From Candidatus Latescibacterota bacterium (lineage in GTDB: Bacteria > Krumholzibacteriota > Krumholzibacteriia > WVZY01 > JAKEHA01), in the NCBI GenBank assembly GCA_963707635.1, contig OY970173.1, forward strand, positions 2,408,882 to 2,472,881: a stretch of 64,000 bases of DNA, written 5' to 3'. Shown here in pieces: positions 55,971 through 64,000 of the stretch; positions within the stretch are counted from its first letter, which is position 1; every line of letters starts with the position of its first letter. Below the pieces are notes generated by a model, which made no database searches, was not told the origin of the DNA, and saw only the letters and a program-made list of their open reading frames with translations. Both the position numbers and the translations under genes were made by a program.

Positions 55971-57857
55971 TCACGATCGGTCGCGCCGATCGCGGGGGCG
56001 GCGGCGGCGGTCGCTGCGCGTGTTGCGCCGGTCCCGGTTGGCGGAGATCGGAAACGTAATGGCGAGAATCGTCTTCCAGGACGCCGACGACTTGACCGTG
56101 ATCTCGCCGGCGTGCCGATGCAGGATGTCCCCCGCCAGCGCCATCGTGTCGGCGGGTTCCTGGCCCTGTCCGCGGGGTGCGAACGGGAGGAAGAGACGCG
56201 ACAACAGGGTGCCGTCCACCTTGCCCGCCGTGTCCGCGAACAGCAGCACCGCCTTTTCCGCGGACGCCGTGCACTCGAAGAGAACGCGGTCCCCCTTGCC
56301 GACGTGCTCCGCCAGGACGCGCACCACGCCGTCGAGCGCGCCGCGCACGCTCGCGCGATGCATGAGGAGCGTGGGCCCGTCGTCGGGAATGCGGATCGTC
56401 ACCTCGACGCCGGCGGCACGGAGCTTCGTCGCCCACACCTCCACCGTTTCCTTCGTCAGCGTGAACACGTCGACCAGTTCCAGCTCCGTCGCCGCGACAT
56501 CCGCTTCGAGACGATACGCTTCCGCTTCCGCCTCGACGCGGTCCATGATCTCGCGCACGCGCTCGACGCGCTTCTCGAACGCCGAGCGCGAGTCGACCGC
56601 CTGGCGGATCTCCTGCGCGCGGGTGATGAGCGCGTCGTACTGCTCGAGCGCTCGCGCGGCCGCGCGCGACGCCGCCTTCTCGCGGATCCAGTTCGACTGC
56701 GCCTCCTCCAGCATGCGCTCGGAGCGGCGGAGCCGGTCGGCCTTGTAGAGCGAATCGAGCCGTTCCGCCAGCATGCCCGCGCACAGCTCCAGGAAAAGCC
56801 GGTCGCGCGCGGTGAATTCGCGCGGGCCGGTGCCGGCGCCGTCGACCTCGGAATACACGGCGACCGCGCCCAGGCAGTCCCCCCCGGCCAGCAGTGGCAG
56901 CGCCACGAAGTGCTGGATCGCGCCCGCGGCGGCGTCGCTCAAGAGCGCGTGCCCGGAGTCTCCGCGCAGCGGGCGGGTCGAGCCCGCCACCCGGTCGAGA
57001 ATCTCTTCGAAGGATTCGGTGATGGAGATGTCGGTGTCGCGATCGGTGTCGTCGACATCGTCGACCGACTTGACGTGGGTGGTCTTGTTGCGCACGAGGT
57101 CCTTGAGCAGCACCCCGGTGCCGCCGGCGGCGCGCGCCATCATCGACAGCATCGCCGATAGACTGTCGCCGAAGCGCCGCGAGTCTTCCGCCGACGCGAG
57201 CACGTCCTGGAGCTTGCGCAGCACCCGGAACTTCCGCGAGTTGTCGGTCGAGTCGAGCAGGCGTTCGATCGCGGTGGCCGCCTGCTGCGACATGCTGTAC
57301 ACGAGCGAGATGTCCTCGAGGCCGATCGACTCGCCGTCTTCGCCGTTGTCGGCGGCCAGGACCGCGCTGATCCGGCCGCGCACGCGCAACGGAACCGCGA
57401 CATAGGCGGAGGTCTGAAAAAAGTCGAAGTAGGGGTCGCTCGCGAACTCGGTCAGGCGCCGGTCGGCCAGCGCGGGCATGCCGCTGTCGACGGCTTTCGC
57501 GATGCCGCAGCGCAACCAGTCCAGCGGGACGGTGAACGCGCGCGCCCGCAGCGTCAGGTCGTTGGTGTCGATCTGCTGGGTGGTGTCGACCACCCGGCGC
57601 GCCAGCGCCTCGAACGTGGCCGGCTCCGCGCCGGGCCCGTCGTCGGACGCGCGCTCGGCGGCGAGATGCCCGCGGACCGACCGGTTGCGCTCGTCGACCA
57701 CGAAGAAGAACGCGCGCCGCACGCCGATGGTGCGCCACGCCGTGCAGAAGGCGAGCAGCACTTGCTGGATGCGGGCGACGTTGTCCGCGTCCGGAATGAC
57801 CTGGATCATGCGGAGCAGCGAGGAGAGCTCCGCGACGGTGAGCTGGGTTTTTTCCAT
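55971..57857 (-). CDS. GAF-GAF-coiled-coil protein with degenerate HATPase-like C-terminal domain (pseudo-kinase) and Arg-rich tail
   Basis: Two GAF-like blocks (...AFFFVVDERNRSVRGHLA...YVAVPLRVRGRISAVLAADN...; ...HFVALPLLAGGDCLGAVAVYSE...). The long helical linker has no His. The C-terminal alpha/beta domain lacks clear N and G2 boxes. The protein ends NRDRRNTRSDRRRRPRDRRDRS. Confidence 0.65.
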   Translation of the reverse strand: MEKTQLTVAELSSLLRMIQVIPDADNVARIQQVLLAFCTAWRTIGVRRAFFFVVDERNRSVRGHLAAERASDDGPGAEPATFEALARRVVDTTQQIDTNDLTLRARAFTVPLDWLRCGIAKAVDSGMPALADRRLTEFASDPYFDFFQTSAYVAVPLRVRGRISAVLAADNGEDGESIGLEDISLVYSMSQQAATAIERLLDSTDNSRKFRVLRKLQDVLASAEDSRRFGDSLSAMLSMMARAAGGTGVLLKDLVRNKTTHVKSVDDVDDTDRDTDISITESFEEILDRVAGSTRPLRGDSGHALLSDAAAGAIQHFVALPLLAGGDCLGAVAVYSEVDGAGTGPREFTARDRLFLELCAGMLAERLDSLYKADRLRRSERMLEEAQSNWIREKAASRAAARALEQYDALITRAQEIRQAVDSRSAFEKRVERVREIMDRVEAEAEAYRLEADVAATELELVDVFTLTKETVEVWATKLRAAGVEVTIRIPDDGPTLLMHRASVRGALDGVVRVLAEHVGKGDRVLFECTASAEKAVLLFADTAGKVDGTLLSRLFLPFAPRGQGQEPADTMALAGDILHRHAGEITVKSSASWKTILAITFPISANRDRRNTRSDRRRRPRDRRDRS

Positions 57858-57924
57858 GGCAACGCGCGTGTCCGGGAGACGGGAACCGCCCCACGGATCG
57901 CAAGCTTCGTGCCACGGAAGCTGA

Positions 57925-58818
57925 TCAGGCGCGGACGCGGCCGCGGCGGTGGCGCTCGTAGAGCAGGTGGACGATTCCGTCCGAGAGACCCACCTGGGGC
58001 ACGAAAATGGTGTCGATCCGGCCCCACTTCATCACGGAGAGGTAAACCTCGGCCGCGTACACGATCACGTCCGCGCGGTCCGGCCGCAACCCCAGCGTCA
58101 CCACGCGCTCTTCCAGCGAGTGCGAACGGACCAGCCGGTGGATGTCGCGAACGGTTTCGAACGACAACGGCCGGCCCTGCTTGACGCGCGCCAGCTTGAA
58201 AATAGTGTTGATGTTGCCGCCGCTCCCGATGGCGGTCATGGGTCCGTATTCCTCGCGGTGCTGCTTGATCCATTTCTTCAGCCCGTCCATCGCGCGCTTC
58301 ACCGGCCGGCCGCGGAGCATTCGCACCGTGCCCACCGAGAAGGAACCGTCGCCCACGCGCTTGCCGCGCGCGATCAGCGACACCTCGGTGCTGCCGCCGC
58401 CCACGTCCACGTACAGGTAATTCTTCTTCGGGTCCAGCCGGTGCTCGATGTGATTCGCGTAGACGACTTCCGCCTCGCGCGAGCCCTCGATGATCTCGAT
58501 CGTGATCCCCGTCGCCTTGCGCACGCGTGCGACCACCTCGCGCGAGTTCCTCGCCTCGCGCATGGCGCTGGTCGCGTAGGCGGCAAAGTCCATGGCCGGG
58601 TATGCCGCGATGAGGTGCTTGAAGCCGACCATGGTCTCGACCAGGCGCCCGGCCATCGCGTCCGAGATCGCGCCGGCCCGGAATGCGTCGTCGCCCAGGC
58701 GCAACGGCATGCGCACCAGCACTTCCTTCTTGAAGAGGGGCTCGTCTCCCTCCTCGATCACCCGCGCCAAGAGGAGCCGAACCGCGTTGCTGCCGATGTC
58801 GATGGCGGCGAATTTCAC
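57925..58818 (-). CDS. Ppx/GppA family phosphatase (exopolyphosphatase, short form)
   Basis: GTG start. KFAAIDIGSNAVRLLLARV...YVDVGGGSTEVSL...IGSGGNINT gives ASKHA phosphate-binding motifs. GTGA overlap with the upstream gene. Confidence 0.85.
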   Translation of the reverse strand: MKFAAIDIGSNAVRLLLARVIEEGDEPLFKKEVLVRMPLRLGDDAFRAGAISDAMAGRLVETMVGFKHLIAAYPAMDFAAYATSAMREARNSREVVARVRKATGITIEIIEGSREAEVVYANHIEHRLDPKKNYLYVDVGGGSTEVSLIARGKRVGDGSFSVGTVRMLRGRPVKRAMDGLKKWIKQHREEYGPMTAIGSGGNINTIFKLARVKQGRPLSFETVRDIHRLVRSHSLEERVVTLGLRPDRADVIVYAAEVYLSVMKWGRIDTIFVPQVGLSDGIVHLLYERHRRGRVRA

Positions 58819-59588
58819 GACTTCCTCCCCGCTGTCCGCCGGCGCCCGCCGCTGGGCGCGCGCGGTTTCCTGGCGGCGGCCGGACCGGCGCCGCGCGACG
58901 AACGCGCGCCCCGGACGCGCGAGGGCTCCACGAACGGCCGCACCGCAGCGGCGACCCGCGCCCCGGCGCGCGCCACCGCCTTGACCACCTCGCGGTTCTC
59001 CGCGATTCCCAGCTCGCGGAGCGCGGCGAACACCGCCGTGCGCACCCGCCGCGCCAGCGCGTCGAGCAATTCCTCCTCGACCCGCTTCTGGTCCGCCGCC
59101 GCGGGCGGGCGCTCGAACGCGGCCAGTTTGCCGCCGCCGCGGCGCACGCCGCGCCAGGCCTTCCTCGGCACGTCGATCACGACGATTCCAGCCTTCGGGA
59201 TCACGTCGGCGAAACCCGGAACCAGGAAGGCGGCGAATTCGCTGAAGGACGGGTCGTGACCGAACAGCATCACGCTCGCGCAGGCGTCGTCGAATCCGTT
59301 GACGATGCGCTGAAAGTCGTCCGGCAGCAGTCCGCCGTAGAGCTCTTCGCGCACGACGATGCGGTTGTGGGCGCGGCCGAACCGGTCGGCGAAGGCGCGC
59401 GCCGTCTCGATCGCGCGGTCGGCCGGACTCGAAACCATGAGGTCGGGCGCGCCGGCGAGCGACGCCGCGCGATCCGCCATGATCGCCGCCTCCCGGCGGC
59501 CGCGCTTCTTCAGCCGGCGGTGGAAGTCCGACCCCTTGAACCCGGTATCGACCGCGGTCGCGTGCCGCACCAGCACGATTCTCTTCAT
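58815..59588 (-). CDS. histidine phosphatase superfamily protein (SixA-like) with ~100-aa Arg/Ala-rich C-terminal extension
   Basis: MKRIVLVRHATAV (RHG-type motif), RAIETA, MLFGHDPSFSEF. Tail ...RGARSSRGAGPAAARKPRAPSGGRRRTAGRKS. Confidence 0.75.
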   Translation of the reverse strand: MKRIVLVRHATAVDTGFKGSDFHRRLKKRGRREAAIMADRAASLAGAPDLMVSSPADRAIETARAFADRFGRAHNRIVVREELYGGLLPDDFQRIVNGFDDACASVMLFGHDPSFSEFAAFLVPGFADVIPKAGIVVIDVPRKAWRGVRRGGGKLAAFERPPAAADQKRVEEELLDALARRVRTAVFAALRELGIAENREVVKAVARAGARVAAAVRPFVEPSRVRGARSSRGAGPAAARKPRAPSGGRRRTAGRKS

Positions 59589-59601
59589 CGGTCTCACCCC
59601 T

Positions 59602-61145
59602 TCATTCGTTTGCGAGCAAACCGTCGAACACGCGCCGCGACTTCCGGCCGTCGAGCAACGCCAGGCGGCGCTCGCAGCGCGAACGCAGCCGCACCAGGCG
59701 CGCGTCGAGCGCGCCGATGATGGCGCCGACGGCGGCTGCCATCAGCGGCGAGTCCATCCCGGCGCCCGCGTCATCGCGCACCAGCGTCGACAGCTGGCGC
59801 ACCTGCACCGCCGCGTCGTTGTACTCGCCGAGCGCGTTCTGCACCCGGGCGAGCGACGCGATCGCGTCGTCGACGCCCGGGCCGAGCACGCCGGCGAAGA
59901 ACTCCAGCAGGTAGCGCACCTTCTTGCACTCGATGCGCGCGCGGTGCAGCGCGGCATCGTCGAGCGCTCCCGTCCGCCGCGCGATTCGGCGCAGGCGCGC
60001 ATAGCGCCGGCGCAGCAGCGCGCGTCCCGCGTCCGCGGAGCGGGATTCCGCCTCCACGCCGGCCTTCCTGCCGGCGGCGAGCCCGCGCACCTCGCGCTTC
60101 CAATCCCGCATCAGGCGCGCGTGCGAGGGGTGGTCCAGCACGTTCAGCAACGCCTCGCGCGCGTCCTCCCGTTCCCCTTCCACCCGCGCCGAGACCGGTT
60201 CGAATCCCCGGCGCAGCGACGCCGGCAGCGCGTTCGCGTACTCGTCGTGGCGAGCGAGCTGGACGTCGAGGTCGCGAAGCCGCCCCGTCGCGGCCACCAG
60301 GCGCGCGAAACGCGCCCGGTACTCCCGGGCCACCTCGGGCGTAAACGCGCCGCGAAACTGCGACAGCCCGGTCCGCGTGCGCCGCAACGCCACCCGGTAG
60401 TCGTGGAGGAATTCCGGGTCAATATCGTCGCGCACCCCGGGTTCGTTGCGCCGCATCACCTCCAGCAGGTGGGTGAACACGGCGGCGGCCACGGCGCGCA
60501 GCGGCGCGTCCGGCGCGAGCGTCACGCGCGGCCGGCCGAAATACGGCGGCGAACTCACCGCGGCCACCGCGTACACGCGATCCACGAAACCGCGGCTCGA
60601 GCGCCGAAAACCGGCCGCCGCGAGTGCGTCCGCCGTGGAGCGCAGCGCGCGCCGCGCCCGTCCGGCGCCCGCGACCGGGACGACCGTCAGCGTGCGCACG
60701 GATCGCGTCGACCCGCGCCGCCGCACCCGCGCCGATTGCAGCCGAACCCTCGCCACCACCGCGCCCCGCCGGGACAGCTCCAGCTCCTGCTCCCGCACCG
60801 TCGCCCGCGCCACTTCGAGCAGCGCCCGCGCGCCGATCAATTCCGGCACGCGCGTCGCCAGGTCGCTCCCGGCAAAGTCCCGCGCCTTCGGGGGGCGTTT
60901 CCGCCGCGGCTCCGCGCGGACCCCACCGCTTCGCCCGTGTTCCGGTCTTCGAGCACCAGCACGTTCGCGTGTGCCACCAGTGCGACGCCCGCCCGCTGCA
61001 ACCGGCGGTCGAACGTGTCGAGGAACACCCAGCGCCCCGACCGCCCCGCGACCGACTCGACCGCGAATTCGCCCGCCAGCGCGCGCCGCACGTTCCGCGC
61101 GGTCGCGCCGCGCGGCACCGTGAAAAAGCGAGCGTCCTCACTCAT
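59602..61145 (-). pseudogene. CYTH-CHAD domain protein, reading frame interrupted once near 60860-60920 (frameshift or sequence error)
   Basis: N-terminal part from ATG 61145 (MSEDARFFTVPRGATARNVRRALAGEFAVESV...LVLEDRNTGEAVGS) stops at 60837. A different frame continues ...PRRKRPPKARDFAGSDLATRVPELIGARALLEV... through a full CHAD domain (FLHDYRVALRRTRTGLSQF...HRARIECKKVRYLLEFF). ATGAGTGA overlap with the ppk1 stop. Confidence 0.65.
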
Positions 61146-63249
61146 CCGAGGCCCGGTGCGCCGCGGCGCGCGCCAGCCACCGGTAGATGTCCACCTGCGC
61201 GCGGTGATTGCGTGTTCCCCGCCGGTACGAGTTGTCCTGCGCGGCACCCAGCACCCGCGCCTTGCTGGTGTCACGCAACTGCAGGTTGAAGTAGTAGCGC
61301 AGCTCTTCCTTGATCGCGGGGTCCAGGATCGGAACCGCCACCTCCACCCGGTAGTCGAGGTTGCGCGTCATCCAGTCCGCCGAGCTCAAATAGCAGCGTT
61401 CGTTGCCGTCGTTGCAGAAGAAGAACACGCGCGAGTGCTCGAGGTAGCGGTCGACGATGCTGATCGCCTCGATGTTGTCGCTCTCCCCGGGCACGCCCGG
61501 CACGAGCGAACACACCCCGCGCACGATGAGCCGCACCTTCACCCCCGCGCGCCCCGCTTCGCACAGGAGTTCGATCATCTCGAGGTCCACCAGCGCGTTC
61601 ACCTTGGCGTCGATGTACGCCGCCTTGCCGTTGCGCGCGTTCTTGATCTCGCGCCGCACCAGCTTGCGCAGCTGGCCGCGCATGGCGAACGGCGACACCA
61701 GCAGTCGCTCGTACGACTGCGCGCGGTAGTTCGTCTCCAGGAACTCGAATACCTTCCTGACTTCATCCGTGACGCGGCGGTCGCGCGTGAGCAGGATATG
61801 GTCGGTGTACACGCGCGCGGTGACTTCGTTGAAGTTCCCCGTCCCCACCACGGCGTAGTCGACTTGCTTGCCCTCTTCCTTGCGCGTGATCAGGGCGAGT
61901 TTCGCGTGCACCTTGAGTCCGGGCACGCCGCCGATCAGGCGCGCCCCTTCGTCCTCCAGCTTGCGCGTCCACAGAATGTTCGCCTCCTCGTCGAAGCGCG
62001 CCTGCATCTCGAGCAGCACGGTGACCTTCTTGCCGTTCCGGGTCGCGTTGATCAGCGCATTCACCACCCGCGAGTCGTTCGCCACGCGGTAGAGCGTCAT
62101 GCTGATCGAGCGCACCTTCGGGTCGATCGCCGCCTCGCGCAGCAGATCGATGACGTGGTGGAAGGACTGATAGGGCATGTGCAGCAGCACGTCCTGCTTG
62201 CGGACCACGGCCAGCACGCTGCGCGAACCTTCCAGCGCCGGGTGGTGCAGCGCCGGCTGCGGCTCGTACTCGAACTTCGAGCCGCCGACGTTGGGAAACG
62301 ACACGAAGTCGCGCGCGTTGTGGTAGCGGCCGCCGGGGATCGAATTGCCCAGCTTGCCCAGGTCCGCACGCTTCATGATGTAGTCCAGCATGTCCCGGGG
62401 GATGTCGCGGTCGTAGACGAACCGGACCGGCAGCCCCTCTTTGCGCTTCTTGATCGATTTCGAGATCTTCTCCATCAGGCTCATGGTGACGTCGTCGTCG
62501 ATCTCGACCTCGGCATCGCGCGTGAGCTTGATTGTGTAGGCGTCCGCGCGCGTGATGTCGAATATGGAGAAGATGTCCTTGAGCCCCCAGCGGATGACGT
62601 CGTCGAGCATGATCACGTAGCGCTTCGCGCCGATCGGGGGCAGCACCAGGAAGCGGGTCAACAGTTCGGTCGACACTTCGATGAGCGCGTGGCGCGGCCG
62701 ATCACCGCCGCGCCCGGTCAGCAGCACGGCGAGATAGACCGCGCCGTTCTTGAGGTAGGGAAATGTGCCGAGCGAGTCGAGGATCACCGGCACCAGCGTC
62801 GGGCGGACCACCTCTTCGAAATAGGTCTGGACGAATTCGCTGTGCGCCGGCGTGAGGTTGCGCTCGTCGATGATGAAGATGTTCTCTTTTTCCAGCGCCG
62901 CGCGCACCTCGGCGAAAACGCTGTCGAAGCGGGCGCGCTGGGCGAGGACGGCCTCGTGGATCTGCTTCAGCACCTTGTGGGGGTTGCCGCCGTACACCAC
63001 CCGGTTCGACGAGATGCCGGCGTCGACCATGCGTTGCAGCGTGGCGACGCGGACGCGGAAGAACTCCTCGAGGTTGGCGGAGAAGATGCCGACGAACTTG
63101 AGCCGTTCGATCAGCGGCACCGACGGGTCGGCCGCCTCCTGGAGCACGCGGTCGTTGAACGAGAGCCAGCTGATCTCGCGGTTGATGAGGTTCGGCCTGG
63201 ACATAGGATCGAACGGGCGTATCGAACGGGCGGGTGGGCGGGCGGACAC
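61138..63249 (-). CDS. ppk1: polyphosphate kinase 1
   Basis: NREISWLSFNDRVLQEA, two PLD-like HKD regions (LKVHAKLALI..., YLEHSRVFFF), 703 aa. ATG 63204 is an alternative start. Confidence 0.95.
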   Translation of the reverse strand: MSARPPARSIRPFDPMSRPNLINREISWLSFNDRVLQEAADPSVPLIERLKFVGIFSANLEEFFRVRVATLQRMVDAGISSNRVVYGGNPHKVLKQIHEAVLAQRARFDSVFAEVRAALEKENIFIIDERNLTPAHSEFVQTYFEEVVRPTLVPVILDSLGTFPYLKNGAVYLAVLLTGRGGDRPRHALIEVSTELLTRFLVLPPIGAKRYVIMLDDVIRWGLKDIFSIFDITRADAYTIKLTRDAEVEIDDDVTMSLMEKISKSIKKRKEGLPVRFVYDRDIPRDMLDYIMKRADLGKLGNSIPGGRYHNARDFVSFPNVGGSKFEYEPQPALHHPALEGSRSVLAVVRKQDVLLHMPYQSFHHVIDLLREAAIDPKVRSISMTLYRVANDSRVVNALINATRNGKKVTVLLEMQARFDEEANILWTRKLEDEGARLIGGVPGLKVHAKLALITRKEEGKQVDYAVVGTGNFNEVTARVYTDHILLTRDRRVTDEVRKVFEFLETNYRAQSYERLLVSPFAMRGQLRKLVRREIKNARNGKAAYIDAKVNALVDLEMIELLCEAGRAGVKVRLIVRGVCSLVPGVPGESDNIEAISIVDRYLEHSRVFFFCNDGNERCYLSSADWMTRNLDYRVEVAVPILDPAIKEELRYYFNLQLRDTSKARVLGAAQDNSYRRGTRNHRAQVDIYRWLARAAAHRASDE

Positions 63250-63350
63250 GCTATGGCCGGCCCCCGTCTCGCGCGCCAGACGCGCCCACGGTTGCGACCG
63301 AACCGAGTTGGACTCTACCCCAGAAGTGTCAGAGTGTCAAGCGGTTGTCT

Positions 63351-64000
63351 TCAGCGGGGGTATCCGCGCGGGTGCGCGAGGCGCCACTCCAGCGCCGACG
63401 CGATGATGGACTCCAGGGCACTCGCGCGCGGCGTCCACCCGAGCACCTCCCGGGCGAGGCGCGAGGACGCGACCAGTGCCGGGGGGTCGCCGGGGCGCCG
63501 CGGGCCCACCTCCCGGCGGACCGGTCGTCCCGTGACGCGCTCGGTCTCGTGAATGACTTCGAGCACGGTGAAGCCGGACTCGCTGCCGAGGTTCAAGGCC
63601 CCGCCGAATCCCCGCGCGAGCGCGTCGAGCGCACGCACGTGCGCGTCGGCCAGGTCGACGACGTGGACGTAGTCGCGCAGGCAGGTCCCGTCGCGGGTCG
63701 GGTAGTCGCCGCCGAACACGGTGACGCTCGCGCGCGTCCCGAGAGCGGCGTCGAGGACGATCGGAATCAGGTGCGACTCGGGGCGGTGATCCTCGCCGAG
63801 CGTCCCGCTCGCCCCGCCCGCGTTGAAGTAGCGCAGCGCCACGTAGTCGAGCTTGCCCGCCGCGCGCGACGCCTCGAGCACGCGCTCGACCATCAGCTTC
63901 GAGCGGCCGTAGGGATTCTCCGGCTGGCAGGTGGCGGTTTCTTCGATGGGGAGCGCGGCCGGGGTCCCGTACACCGCCGCGGTCGACGAAAACACGAAGC
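63351..64000 (-). CDS. galE: UDP-glucose 4-epimerase (C-terminal portion; 5' end beyond window)
   Basis: SSTAAVYGTPAALPIEE...PYGRSKLMVE (YxxxK)...LRYFNAGGA...DYPTRDGTCLRDYVHVVDLADAH. The frame stays open to the window end. Confidence 0.85.
   Translation of the reverse strand, partial: FVFSSTAAVYGTPAALPIEETATCQPENPYGRSKLMVERVLEASRAAGKLDYVALRYFNAGGASGTLGEDHRPESHLIPIVLDAALGTRASVTVFGGDYPTRDGTCLRDYVHVVDLADAHVRALDALARGFGGALNLGSESGFTVLEVIHETERVTGRPVRREVGPRRPGDPPALVASSRLAREVLGWTPRASALESIIASALEWRLAHPRGYPR

Noticed and set aside
59359-63552. 1397-aa plus-strand ORF antisense to ppk1, CHAD and the SixA-like gene
   Set aside because: It shows the same Arg/Ala/His-rich off-frame signature. The minus strand encodes unmistakable Ppk1 and CHAD motifs.

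Overview
High-GC (roughly two-thirds G+C by eye) bacterial chromosomal segment. It is almost fully coding, with no rRNA, no CRISPR array and no recognisable transposase, integrase or phage genes.

Content in order:
1. Envelope-sugar genes: partial GT4, gmhA, long-form rmlA-like gene and a Wza-like exporter.
2. Housekeeping block alaS-recX-recA-thpR-cinA-pgpA.
3. An EamA transporter, an alkyltransferase-like (ATL) protein and two tandem tryptophanase/tyrosine-phenol-lyase paralogs. The second paralog is broken by about nine single-base shifts, all in the +1 direction.
4. A secreted orphan protein, then mglA-mglB beside the conserved recR-ybaB-dnaX-SRP RNA block.
5. A tRNA cluster (Ala-CGC, Ser-CGA, Ser-GGA), with tRNA-Phe-GAA further along.
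6. tadA, a lipoprotein, a GT4, a 7Fe ferredoxin, and a GldA / fused GldF-GldG / DUF4340 ABC system.
7. Two giant secreted modular proteins combining a PQQ-sugar-dehydrogenase propeller, PKD, PA14, dockerin-like, cohesin-like and T9SS/FlgD-type C-terminal domains.
8. The stand-out feature: a ~14 kb island (39.5-53.7 kb) with 68 CXXCH haem motifs in seven proteins. It holds an MtrA-like decahaem cytochrome, a 530-aa beta-barrel, a hexahaem lipoprotein, a Rieske/cytochrome b complex with a membrane-anchored nonahaem subunit, two CbcL-like multihaem-cytochrome-b fusions (13 and 19 haems), a tetrahaem c554-like protein and an ImcH-like heptahaem protein. Together these look like a complete quinol-to-cell-surface electron conduit.
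9. A response regulator, a histidine kinase, a GAF pseudo-kinase and a polyphosphate module (Ppx/GppA, SixA-like, CYTH-CHAD, Ppk1), ending in a partial galE.

The T9SS-type tails, GldFG-like system, MglAB and high GC suggest an uncultured FCB-superphylum-like lineage; this is inference only. All functional calls come from reading the translated ORFs by eye, and no database search was run.
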